From an uncultured archaeon (GTDB taxonomy: Archaea > Asgardarchaeota > Lokiarchaeia > Sigyniarchaeales > SOKP01), in contig CAZWEM010000004.1 of NCBI GenBank assembly GCA_964632315.1, positions 32,001 to 96,000 on the forward strand: a stretch of 64,000 nucleotides of DNA, in the 5' to 3' direction. Numbering within the stretch: the stretch's first letter is position 1; every line of letters starts with the position of its first letter. Below the pieces are notes generated by a model that was given only the letters and a program-made list of their open reading frames with translations, ran no database searches and had not been told where the DNA came from. This document shows, piece by piece, positions 19,399 through 29,700 of the stretch. The position numbers and the translations under genes were made by a program.

Positions 19399-20964
19399 CT
19401 AAGATCTTTTTCTGCGAAATTCAGAATATTTTATGAGTATCTCCAAACAACTGGTAGTATAATCCCATAACTCAAATATCGGAATATCATAAGAAATAAA
19501 TTTCTGAAACCATGGATAACGATAAGGGAATGGTCCAGCATAAAAAACGGGTATGGAATATTTTTGCATGAGCCTTATAATGGGCTTTAAGACGGAACGA
19601 TCAATCAAATGTTTCACATTCTTAACATCTTCACTTATTTCCATTCCAGAAGATTCCATAGTACTAATTACATCATCAAAATCAAATACTCCATATACTA
19701 TTACTGCATCAATTTCATTTGATTTCATTAAAATTTTCGGAAATTTATAAAACAAATTCGTAAAATTCACATCGAACGTTACATCTATGGGATTATCCGA
19801 ACTCCCAGTATTGGGTACTAATTGTGAGAACTCGTGAATTAACTCCTTTGAAAAGCGTGGAACTTTTAGTCCGGATAGTTCTGCTCTTTTAACTATGAGA
19901 CTATTAGCTCCACCTGAATCTGAGATAATTCCAATCCTATTTCCCTTTAAAAAAACATTAAATTTCTGAGCAAAAGAGAGAGTCCTCAGGAAAAATAAAA
20001 AATCCATGATGGAATTGGTTGAAATAATTCCAGTTTCCTTAAATACCGCATCCAATATTTTTTGATCTCCCCCCATCGATCCCGTATGACTCATTATTGA
20101 ACGTTTTGCCGCTTCTGTCCCGCCAGCGTAAATCGCAACAATTGGTTTGTAGGGAGTTATCTTTTTAGCTAAAGTAATAAATTGCTTACCACGCTTTATT
20201 TCTTCAATATAGAGACCAATTACCCCAGTTTGAGGATCATCTTTTAAATATTCCAAAATATCTACAAGATCTATATTTCTCTCATTACCGACAGAAATGG
20301 ACTTACTAATTTTAACCCCATATTCTTTTGCATGCCAAAATGTTTGCGCAGCAATGGTTCCAGATTGACTAATAAGAGATATATTTCCCTTGTCAGGAAT
20401 CGCATATGGCCAGAAGGTATTAAGATAAGCATCTGGTTTTTCTGGATATCCATACCATCCATTATAGAATCCTAAACAATTTGGTCCAATAAATCGCATT
20501 CCATATTTTTTAGCAATTTCATCAATTTGTCTTGAAAGCTTTTTTCCTTCCAAACCACTTTCACGAAATCCTCCAGAGGTTATTAAAAGATACTTAACTC
20601 CTTTTTCTCCACATTCTTCCATTACTTGGGGCACCACCCTAGGTGGTAGGATTAAGAATGCCAAATCAGGGACAATAGGAACATCCATAATTGACTTGTA
20701 AGCTTTAAATCCCTGGACACTTTCTAATCGAGGATGGATGGGAAAAAGATTTTCTTCAAAACCCTTCCCAGAAATTATGTTTCTGAACTGCATTGACCCC
20801 ATAGTATTCATTAAATCATTATTTGCTCCAAAGATTGCTATGCTTTTTGGATTTAAGATTGCTTCCACAAAGTGATCAGGTCTTTTGTTAGTTTCACTCA
20901 ATTTTTTAGCCGAAAAGGTTAAATTATTTTTGAATATAGAAAATTGAATGTAAAAATATCCCAA
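19399..20964 (-). CDS. acdA: ADP-forming acyl/acetyl-CoA synthetase alpha subunit (true start probably TTG at 20901)
   Basis: LNPKSIAIFGA, ITSGGFRE, IGPNCLG, ISQSG, SVGNE, phospho-His motif SHTGSMGG, SDSGG, NPIDVT. Confidence 0.85.
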   Translation of the reverse strand: MGYFYIQFSIFKNNLTFSAKKLSETNKRPDHFVEAILNPKSIAIFGANNDLMNTMGSMQFRNIISGKGFEENLFPIHPRLESVQGFKAYKSIMDVPIVPDLAFLILPPRVVPQVMEECGEKGVKYLLITSGGFRESGLEGKKLSRQIDEIAKKYGMRFIGPNCLGFYNGWYGYPEKPDAYLNTFWPYAIPDKGNISLISQSGTIAAQTFWHAKEYGVKISKSISVGNERNIDLVDILEYLKDDPQTGVIGLYIEEIKRGKQFITLAKKITPYKPIVAIYAGGTEAAKRSIMSHTGSMGGDQKILDAVFKETGIISTNSIMDFLFFLRTLSFAQKFNVFLKGNRIGIISDSGGANSLIVKRAELSGLKVPRFSKELIHEFSQLVPNTGSSDNPIDVTFDVNFTNLFYKFPKILMKSNEIDAVIVYGVFDFDDVISTMESSGMEISEDVKNVKHLIDRSVLKPIIRLMQKYSIPVFYAGPFPYRYPWFQKFISYDIPIFELWDYTTSCLEILIKYSEFRRKRS

Positions 20965-21012
20965 TAGTTATGAAGTTTCTCTTGATTTAAATGAAAGAAT
21001 TTAAAAAAATTT

Positions 21013-21531
21013 CTATTTTTTACCAGTTGAACCAAATCCACCTAAGCCCCTTTCAGAATTAGGTAGTTCAGTGGTTTCAATAGCTTCATATTCATGCATT
21101 TTAGACAAGATAATTTGGCAGATACGATCTCCTTTATGAAGAATCACATCATTGTTAGATAAGTTTACCACGATAGCCATCCATTCATTTCTATACCCTG
21201 AATCAATTGTTCCGGGTGTATTGACTATTGAAATGCCTTCCCATAATGCTAACCCACTCCTTGGTACTACTTTAAAATAATAACCATTTGGAATTGCGGT
21301 CGCAAAACCCAGTGGACAACCCACTCTTTCTAAAGGTCTAAGAGTATAAGATTCAGAGTCAATATCAACAAGCTTTTTCTCTCCTTCCCCTTTTAAAATT
21401 TTTTTAAAACCCATAATTCGAGCATCTGCACCTGCATCTCCAGATTTTGAAGGAATAGGTATTTTAGTCCCTTTTCTTAAAACCTTAAATTGAACCTCAA
21501 GCATCTTCGCATTTTTATTCATGCTAATCAA
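21013..21531 (-). CDS. dut: Trimeric dUTP diphosphatase
   Basis: All five motifs: AGAD, PRSGLA, GTIDSGYR, GDRICQ, RGLGGFGSTG. Confidence 0.95.
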   Translation of the reverse strand: MISMNKNAKMLEVQFKVLRKGTKIPIPSKSGDAGADARIMGFKKILKGEGEKKLVDIDSESYTLRPLERVGCPLGFATAIPNGYYFKVVPRSGLALWEGISIVNTPGTIDSGYRNEWMAIVVNLSNNDVILHKGDRICQIILSKMHEYEAIETTELPNSERGLGGFGSTGKK

Positions 21532-21639
21532 GTTAATTTAGAATATATTTTAAAAAAGAATTATTATTAAGGATTAATTATAGGGGTTTAAGGATTAATA
21601 TTCAATAAACTAAAATTAATAAAAAATAGTGAAGCATTA

Positions 21640-22095
21640 TTGCTTGTAGTAGATCGATACGATCCTCGAATAGATAAAGACGATTTAAAAGAAATTTTTG
21701 AGGATTTCATTGAAAATAAAGCATATTTCTTTTCGCACTGGCAAAAGTTCCAAGAAGAAACCAACAAGAGATCACTCGACCTTCAGTATAGAAATTCGAT
21801 GATCGTTGCTAAAGAAGAAGGTAAAATCGTGGGCTGGGGAACTTATACAATTTTTCGAGATTATTTAGGTAATGAGAGAGTTTTAATTCATCAAGTTTTG
21901 ACCAGAAAAGAAGATTCTTATAAAAAAGGAATAGAAGAAAAAATAATACGTGAACTTCAATTATATGTAAAGAAAACTCTAAAAATAGATAAGACTTACT
22001 TTATCTGTCCAGATTCTGATGGTGCATTAAGAAGTATTTTCATGAAATTAGGGTTTAAAAAATCTCAACATGTATGGTACGAGGGATCTATATAA
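21640..22095 (+). CDS. GNAT-fold acetyltransferase-like protein
   Basis: MIVAKEEGKIVGW, YKKGIEEKII (motif A-like), IFMKLGF. Confidence 0.7.
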   Translation: MLVVDRYDPRIDKDDLKEIFEDFIENKAYFFSHWQKFQEETNKRSLDLQYRNSMIVAKEEGKIVGWGTYTIFRDYLGNERVLIHQVLTRKEDSYKKGIEEKIIRELQLYVKKTLKIDKTYFICPDSDGALRSIFMKLGFKKSQHVWYEGSI

Positions 22096-22120
22096 TTTCT
22101 AACAATAAAGGAGTCTTAAA

Positions 22121-22840
22121 TTGTCTGACTTAGAGAGGATTTTAAAAGAAGTCGATGAATTGAGAAAGTCAAAAAATTATGTAAAAGCAATAGATTTGCT
22201 AGAAAATGCATATAAAGAAGAAAAATCTTCAAACCAATTACATACCTCATTAGTTGAACTTTTATTTGAATTTGGAAACCAGCAAAATGATGAATTAGTA
22301 GCAAACTACAATGATGCAGTTTTAATTTTTAAAAGAATCACCGAAGTAGAACCTAAAAATTATCGGGCTCATTATAACCTTGGAATTGCATTTCAAAACT
22401 TAAATCAATTGGATAAAGCATTAGAAGCTTTTCAAACTGCAATTGACCTTAAACCCGATTATTATTTTTGTTATTATAATATTGGATTGGTACTTGAGGA
22501 CAAAAATGATTTAGGTAATGCAATCGAGTATTATGAAAAGGCATTAAAAATCGAGCCAAATTTTAGGTATGCAAAACAAGCAATATCGGAGTTAAGAGAA
22601 TTAATTGGTAGGCACTCTAAATTTGAAAATTTTGATCAATTAAAATCTTTAATGTTGATGTCAAACAAAGTTAGGATCGATTTGATCCAAGAAATCCTGA
22701 AAATTACCAAGTCGGAACTGATTGCTTTGTTGACAAAATGGGGTGAAAAATTTAATTTTAATTTAGATGGTGATTATCTTATCATTAACAAAGAGACTTT
22801 AAACGATCTATTTAATGAACTAGAAAATGAGAGTTTTTAA
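22121..22840 (+). CDS. TPR protein with a C-terminal winged-helix-like domain
   Basis: Canonical TPRs (AHYNLGIAF...A...F..AIDLKP; YYNIGLVL...YEKALKIEPN), then LKSLMLMSNKVRIDLIQEIL...FNLDGDYLII. Confidence 0.8.
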   Translation: MSDLERILKEVDELRKSKNYVKAIDLLENAYKEEKSSNQLHTSLVELLFEFGNQQNDELVANYNDAVLIFKRITEVEPKNYRAHYNLGIAFQNLNQLDKALEAFQTAIDLKPDYYFCYYNIGLVLEDKNDLGNAIEYYEKALKIEPNFRYAKQAISELRELIGRHSKFENFDQLKSLMLMSNKVRIDLIQEILKITKSELIALLTKWGEKFNFNLDGDYLIINKETLNDLFNELENESF

Positions 22841-22966
22841 TCAATTTATTATTAATAGGGCTGAAATTTTAACAAATCAAAATTGATTTATCTCTTTAAT
22901 TTCAGTATAATTTGATTTGTATCATACAATTAAAAATAAAAAAAATAATTTTAAACTTAATATAGA

Positions 22967-23182
22967 CTAACGCTCTATTTGGAAGTTTACTTGCATTCTC
23001 ACTCTATAAATGAGTTTGTCTTGATCTTCCTTTACTTTCACGTCGCTTTCAACAATTTGGATATTCCTAATGCCACGAAGCGTTTTTTTCGCTTCTTCAT
23101 AACCGGCACGGACTGCTTCAGCCCAATTTTTCTCACTGGTTGCCACCAGTTGGATACTTTTATATACTGGCATATCATTCAT
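22967..23182 (-). CDS. Dodecin-family flavin-binding protein
   Basis: VYKSIQLVATSEKNWAEAV...AKKTLRGI...YRVRMQVNF. Confidence 0.9.
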   Translation of the reverse strand: MNDMPVYKSIQLVATSEKNWAEAVRAGYEEAKKTLRGIRNIQIVESDVKVKEDQDKLIYRVRMQVNFQIER

Positions 23183-23471
23183 CTCTGTTTTTTTCTTTTA
23201 AGATTTCGGTAGTATATAATGTTATCACTTATGAATTTAAATTTTTCGAAGAATAATAATAAAAGATATTCTAATTAGGGATTTTAGAAATAAATTGACC
23301 TAAAAATATCGATAAATTTATTAAAAGTCGAAAACATCTATTGTTTTTTAATAATTGAGTTTTTTAATAATATACCAACAAAACCAGTTATAATTAATAA
23401 AAAGTACTTCAGATCATTTAAAAATATAGTTTGAAAAAAATAAAATAAATAAAATGTTGAAATGGTTGAAT

Positions 23472-24797
23472 TTAAGCATCCAGATTTTCAATTAAGATAG
23501 CTACTCCTTGTCCACCACCACAACACGCATTAGCAACGCCATACTTGGCATTCTTATCTTTTAATATGCGTGCTAGAGTCCCCGTTAAACGTACCATTGT
23601 AGAACCTAATGGGTGACCAATAGCCGTTGAACCGCCCATAACATTAACCTTTTCTTCTGGAATATTGAAATGCTTCATGCAATTCAAGGTAACAACACAG
23701 AAGGCCTCATTTATTTCCCAATAGGAGATATCATCTGCAGTCAATCCCGCATGTTTCAAAGCCATTTCCGTTGCAGGAACAGGTCCTCGGCCCATCACGG
23801 AGGGATCAACGCCCGCAATACCAATGCTAACTATTTTTGCCATAGGGTTCAAACCTCTCTTTTCAGCTTCCTTACTTTCCATCAATAGCATTGCGGTTGC
23901 GCCGGCATTTAACGGAGATGAATTTCCCGCAGTGATTACACCTTCTGCTTGCCTTTCTTCATATCCAGGTTTTCCACTTTCTCGATCTCTATATCCTTGT
24001 CGACCACCTATATCTACTCCGCGAATATTCTCCTTTAAATAGTAAGGCTTTGATAATCTTCGCAACTTGGATACTTGTTCTAACGTTGATTTTCTTGGAG
24101 CTTGATCTTCATCAATTAATACCCTTTCTTCCACATTTCCCTCTACATGTCCTTCGATTGGAATTATTTCTCCTTTGAACCATCCCGCTTCAGTGTTATC
24201 AACTGCTAGATTGTGACTTCGAACCCCAAATTTATCTAAATCTTCTTTAGTGAAATCGGGGGTCTCTTGTTCATATAATTTTTGAGCTGTTTGTAACATA
24301 TTGATAGTAGTCATTAGATCATATTGAGGGCGGTAAAATTCATCTTTCTTGTTAATCATACCAAGGTATGGTCTTGTCCAATCATTTTGCATGGGAATAC
24401 GGGTCATATGTTCCACTCCTGTTGCCAAGCCACACTTAGTATATCCCGTCATAATTTCTAAAGCAAGAAATTGAGCACCAGCACCAGCTGACCCACATTG
24501 TCTATCAATAAAAAAAGCAGGAGTTTTTACAGGAAAATCAGCCATAAAGATTGGAAGTCTTCCACCGTATGTCCATTGTTCATAAACACCCATCGCACTA
24601 CCTACGGAATAATCATCTACATCCTCTTTTGTGATTCCTTTATCTGCTAGTTTCGCATCAAAAAATTTCATGATCAATCTCGATAAGAGTTCATCTCCAC
24701 GTTGGTCTCCAAAGACATCTCGCTCGGGTTGTTTTGGGCGACTTCGTGAAAAGGCAGTTCTAGCATAATCAATTAACCAAACTTCTTTTGTTTCCAT
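23472..24797 (-). CDS. Acetyl-CoA C-acyltransferase (thiolase)
   Basis: RQCGS catalytic Cys, TAGNSSPLNAGA, EINEAF, GHPLG, CCGGGQG. Confidence 0.93.
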   Translation of the reverse strand: METKEVWLIDYARTAFSRSRPKQPERDVFGDQRGDELLSRLIMKFFDAKLADKGITKEDVDDYSVGSAMGVYEQWTYGGRLPIFMADFPVKTPAFFIDRQCGSAGAGAQFLALEIMTGYTKCGLATGVEHMTRIPMQNDWTRPYLGMINKKDEFYRPQYDLMTTINMLQTAQKLYEQETPDFTKEDLDKFGVRSHNLAVDNTEAGWFKGEIIPIEGHVEGNVEERVLIDEDQAPRKSTLEQVSKLRRLSKPYYLKENIRGVDIGGRQGYRDRESGKPGYEERQAEGVITAGNSSPLNAGATAMLLMESKEAEKRGLNPMAKIVSIGIAGVDPSVMGRGPVPATEMALKHAGLTADDISYWEINEAFCVVTLNCMKHFNIPEEKVNVMGGSTAIGHPLGSTMVRLTGTLARILKDKNAKYGVANACCGGGQGVAILIENLDA

Positions 24798-24985
24798 TTT
24801 TTTTTCTTCCTCCTAATTTATTACTAATTTTTGATAATAATTTAGGGTATTAAAATTTGATATTAAACTTTTTGATAATAGGGTGTTTACATACGTAAAA
24901 TCTACTAATCAATATGAAAATCCAATTTGTCAATTTTGATAAAACTATTCGATATTGTTAAGATTATATTAGAATCATTTTTATA

Positions 24986-25417
24986 ATGGGAAATTTTAAA
25001 AAAATTATGTCTGGTAAAAGTGAGAAAATCCCCTTGATATCAATAATTGCGGGAAGTACATCTGATAAAGAAGTTTATGAAAAAGCAGAAAAAGTTTTAA
25101 ATGAAAATGGAATAAATTATGATTTACAAATAATTTCTGCTCATAGAAACCCAAAGGAACTTGATGAGTACATAAAAAATAGTCACTCTTTAATATACAT
25201 CGCAGTTGCAGGACTTTCTGCTGCTTTACCCGGAGTTATAGCATCTAAAACGGATAAAGTAGTTATTGGAGTGCCTGTTAGTGCTAAATTAGGAGGCCTT
25301 GATGCCCTATTATCCATAGTTCAAATGCCTCCTGGAGTGCCTGTTGCATGTGTAGGGATTGATAGAGGAGATAATGCCGCATATCTCGCAATAAGACTTC
25401 TCAAATTGTTAAAATAA
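24986..25417 (+). CDS. purE: AIR carboxylase / N5-CAIR mutase
   Basis: [43 protein letters not shown]. Confidence 0.95.
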   Translation: MGNFKKIMSGKSEKIPLISIIAGSTSDKEVYEKAEKVLNENGINYDLQIISAHRNPKELDEYIKNSHSLIYIAVAGLSAALPGVIASKTDKVVIGVPVSAKLGGLDALLSIVQMPPGVPVACVGIDRGDNAAYLAIRLLKLLK

Positions 25418-25431
25418 GAGGTGAACATATA

Positions 25432-26136
25432 ATGAGCGATGAATTGGTAGAATTGGGTAAAAAAAACGCTGCATATCGAGCTGTGGAGGAAAATGTGCAA
25501 AATGAAATGATTCTAGGGATAGGGAGTGGTTCTACTGTAGTTTATGCAGTTGAAAAGTTAAAGATGTTGATTTCAGAAAAAAAATTTTCAGTAAAATGTA
25601 TACCCACCTCTTTTCAATCATATCAGTTGATTGTCGAGAATGGATTAAACTTAGGATCGTTAGATCAATATCCAATAATTGATCTAGATCTGGATGGGGC
25701 AGATGAAATCGACGAAGACCTTAACCTCATTAAAGGAGGGGGAGGATGTTTAGTACAAGAAAAAATTGTTGCTTCAAACTCTAAAAGGCTTGTAATAATC
25801 GCCGATTTCCGTAAAAAATCTAAGAGTTTAGGCGAGAATTGGAAGAAAGGGGTTCCGATTGAAGTAATTCCTTTAGCATATGTTCCAATTCTTGAAAAGC
25901 TGAAAAAATTAGGAGCTAATCCTATATTGCGGATGGCGAAAGCAAAAGCGGGCCCACTAATAACAGATAACGGTAATTTCATAATCGATGCCGATTTTGG
26001 GATTATCGAATCTCCTAATGAGATAAATGATAGTATCTTGAAAATTCCAGGGGTGGTAGACACGGGATTATTTATTGGGATGGCTGAAAAAGCATATATA
26101 GGACAAAAGGATAGCACTGTATTAGTATTGGAATGA
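25432..26136 (+). CDS. rpiA: Ribose-5-phosphate isomerase A
   Basis: GIGSGST, DGADE, IKGGGG..QEKIV, TDNGN, PGVVDTGLF. Confidence 0.96.
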   Translation: MSDELVELGKKNAAYRAVEENVQNEMILGIGSGSTVVYAVEKLKMLISEKKFSVKCIPTSFQSYQLIVENGLNLGSLDQYPIIDLDLDGADEIDEDLNLIKGGGGCLVQEKIVASNSKRLVIIADFRKKSKSLGENWKKGVPIEVIPLAYVPILEKLKKLGANPILRMAKAKAGPLITDNGNFIIDADFGIIESPNEINDSILKIPGVVDTGLFIGMAEKAYIGQKDSTVLVLE

Positions 26137-26158
26137 TTCTAAAGTATAAGAAACGACT

Positions 26159-26776
26159 ATGAAAAAAGTAGCATTAGCAGTTCATGCAAATAATAACTTT
26201 AGTCTTGAAATTATCAATAATTTGCATGGTCTTGATTTTATCCATGTAGATGTTGCTGATGGTAAGTTTACTGAAGTAAGAAATTTAGATTTAGATGTTT
26301 TCAGAACTATCAAATCAATGACTGATACTTCTCTAATTGCACATATGATGGTACGGACCCCATTAAAATTTTTGGATAAGATTTCTGATTTTGTAGAAAT
26401 TTACACTTTTCATGTTGAAGTCGCAAACGAGATAGAGTCTATCATAACTGAAATAAGAAAAAGAAAAAAATTGGTAGGCATCGCCATCAATCCAAACACC
26501 CCAATTTCAAAAGTAATACCTTATTTGGATGAAATTGATTTAGTATTAGTCATGTCAGTATATCCAGGTAAATCTGGTCAAAAATTTATTGTAGATACAG
26601 TTCAAAAAGTACAACACTTATCAGCTTATCAACAGAGTCATGAATTTTTAATCGATGTTGATGGGGGAATTAATGTTGAAAATTCCAAACTACTCAAGGC
26701 AGACATTGTAAGTAGTACTAGTAGTATACTTAATGCGCCTGATCCAAATTTAATTATTAAGTTATTAAAAAATTGA
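26159..26776 (+). CDS. rpe: Ribulose-phosphate 3-epimerase
   Basis: IHVDVADG, AHMMV, TFHVE, AINPNTP, VMSVYPG..GQKF, VDGGIN. Confidence 0.9.
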   Translation: MKKVALAVHANNNFSLEIINNLHGLDFIHVDVADGKFTEVRNLDLDVFRTIKSMTDTSLIAHMMVRTPLKFLDKISDFVEIYTFHVEVANEIESIITEIRKRKKLVGIAINPNTPISKVIPYLDEIDLVLVMSVYPGKSGQKFIVDTVQKVQHLSAYQQSHEFLIDVDGGINVENSKLLKADIVSSTSSILNAPDPNLIIKLLKN

Positions 26777-26799
26777 AATTAAAAAGAAATTAAAAAAAA

Positions 26800-29700
26800 T
26801 TATTTTTTTGGTGTAAATTCTAAGGATTTCCCACAACTAGGGCAAAATTTCGTATTAAGTCGTATTGAATGACCACAATATGGGCAATAGAGAATATTTT
26901 TTTGAGCCCCTTCATCAGAAGATTCATGATCACTAGAAATTGAATGAGAAGAATCATAGTTTTGCCATGCTTGCTCTTGAAAAGCAGCGCGTTTCTTTCT
27001 TCTATGTCTAACGGAATATATTATAACGGAAATTACTATTAATGCTATGACACTGATGATTATAATTAAAAGTAGGGGATCAAACTGAGTTCCTTGTTGT
27101 ATAGAAAGGATTATTACGAAATCATCAGTTCCTCCATCACTATCAAATATAGTTAATACAAAAATGGATAAATATCCCTCTCCTGTGTTAAAGTCGTAAG
27201 TAGAAGCAGTAGAAATAGACTTTATTCCTGTTATCGACGAATATTGCATGTTATAAGGAATTGAGAATGATCCGATATGTGTATTTGCCGCAAGATTGTA
27301 ACCTAATTCAACTGTAGGGAAAGTGCTTGGATAGATAAGCATAATGTAATTATCAGGGGTAATTGAAACAGCAAACAAGTTGACCGAAATTCGCATTTTT
27401 TGAGAATTGGAATCTTCGTATGAAACTGAATCAAGAGCAGTAATGTTAAAATCAAATCTATCGTCTTGAGTGGTTGTGATCACATAAGTGCTATTGACAT
27501 CATGAGTTTCATCTAAAGTGTATTGTTGACCATTAACGGTAAAGGTTGATTTAGCCTCATCAAATTTTGGTGGATGATTGATAATTTGAGATAATACTCT
27601 TTCTGAGTTTGGATTAGTATAATTGCTATTTGGATCACTTGGAAGAATATACGCTAATAAATATCCTGAGGGGTCATTTGAAGTTGGAATGAATGTGCTT
27701 GAATAGTGAGCTCCGAAATTGCTCATTGAGAGAGTTTTATTGATGGTTTGTTTAGTATTATAATACGAATAGGTATAAATTGCCATGTATGTTGATGAGT
27801 CGTAATTCGACGCATCTAGCTCCGCATCAATGATGATGGGGTCAGAACCTGATCTTGTTGCAGAACTAGTTATATTCAACGAATTAATCTGTGGTACAGC
27901 AGAAGAATTATAATATAATACTTTTGAACTCTTGGAGTAAGTTGTACCTCCAATAGTTATACTCACATTGATATCATAAGGCATATAGGAGTAAGAGCTC
28001 GTTGGTAATGAAAAGGTTTCGTTATAAGCGATCCCATTATAAAGTGAAGCCATCAATATTTCTTCATTATAGCCCAAATGATTAATGGATACGTTTAATC
28101 GTGATTGAAGGATACTTGAGGAAATACGTGAATTAGTTATTTGATCAAAAGCATAAACAGAGATATTCACATTGGAATCAGTAGTTCGCTCCGATTCTAT
28201 GTCAAGGTTTAATGAAACATCGTCTTTTTTCAAGAAATAGTCCATAAGGTTCGAAACCAATCTCGAATGGTCATTAATAAAATCTTGATCATCATATAAT
28301 GCATTTAACCAATTTAGATCTCCAAACGCTACAAAGCGTCCCTTATCCGTACTCCTTCCATCAAAGGCAGAAGCTACGCATTTTCCATCTATGGTTGCAA
28401 TAGCTTGTACATCACCTGATCGTGAAAAGGTATTACCATACGCCCAGCCAAATCCATTAACACCACCAAAGATCTCTGGGGAATTGAAATTAGATACGTT
28501 TATGATCTGATATGATGCACCCACTCCTAACCAATTTTCATTTATGATGGTTTCCTGATTCACTTGAAGATCCAAACCAAGTTGAGAGAAGAGTGAATTG
28601 ATATTCTGGATACATAAATCATTATGTCTAGTTCCCAAGAACAATATGTTTCCTCCACTATCAAAATAGCTTTTAAGATTTTTCATTTCTAATTGATTAT
28701 AAGGTAAAATTGGATTTTGTAGAATGACGAGATCATATTGAAAAAGACGTTCCTCAGTGAGAATAGAATTATCAGAATCTGCATTGTAATTAGGGGTCCA
28801 ATATTCAGCTAAATAATCAATAGATATGTTCAAATCGGTTATAGCCTTCATTGAATCATAAAATCCCACCTGATAAAAGGAGATGTCTGGGAACCAATCA
28901 TTTAAACCATGATAAGAATCCATTAATATTTTATATTCTGGAAACCTTACATCAATAGAAACTTCAACAGAATCATATAACACGCTTCCACTGGTAATAT
29001 TAAGAGTAAAGGTTCTTTTACCAGGTGAAGCATTTTTTTCAATAATTACGTCAACAGAAACAAAAGAAACATCATCATTAGAAAATATCACTTCTGATTT
29101 ATCCAAAGAAATCTTTACGCCATCTAATTTGTTAGGTACTCCAATATCTATCGTTTGGGCTTTCCCTGAAAGGAGAGTTAAATTGAATGCTTGGTGATCA
29201 CCTGGAAAATTTAATAGATCGAATGGTTTGACTGGTAAGGTATTAGGAGAAATTGAAGCAATTTCATTGACATCCCCATAGGTTGCATTAACCGTCATGA
29301 GAAAATTGAGAGATGCAGTTACATTTAAAATTCCTGCTCCATCTTTTAAGTATTCGTAAGATCCATTAACTTGCTTGTTAGCTCCTTTAATCAGCGCAAT
29401 TCTTCCCGTTTCTGGTGTCATTGTTGGAAAAGCATCCAGTAAGACAGCTAAAGCTCCTGAAACAAATGGGCAAGCCATACTGGTTCCACTTAGAGGAATA
29501 TAATCGAAATTACTGGGATAATCAAAATAATCACCAATGAATCTTTTTTCATCAGATAAGACCGAGTTGGGAGCTTCAGTAGAAATAATATTTACACCGG
29601 GTGCTATTATATCAGGATATCCAAGATAACTTAGAGATGGCCCCCAACTACTGAAAGGTGCTAATTTGTTATTTTGATCAAAAGCTCCAACTGATATCAC

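Noticed and set aside
19288-19470. 60-aa plus-strand ORF
   Set aside because: Overlaps the 3' end of the acdA-like gene, GTG start, no recognisable content.
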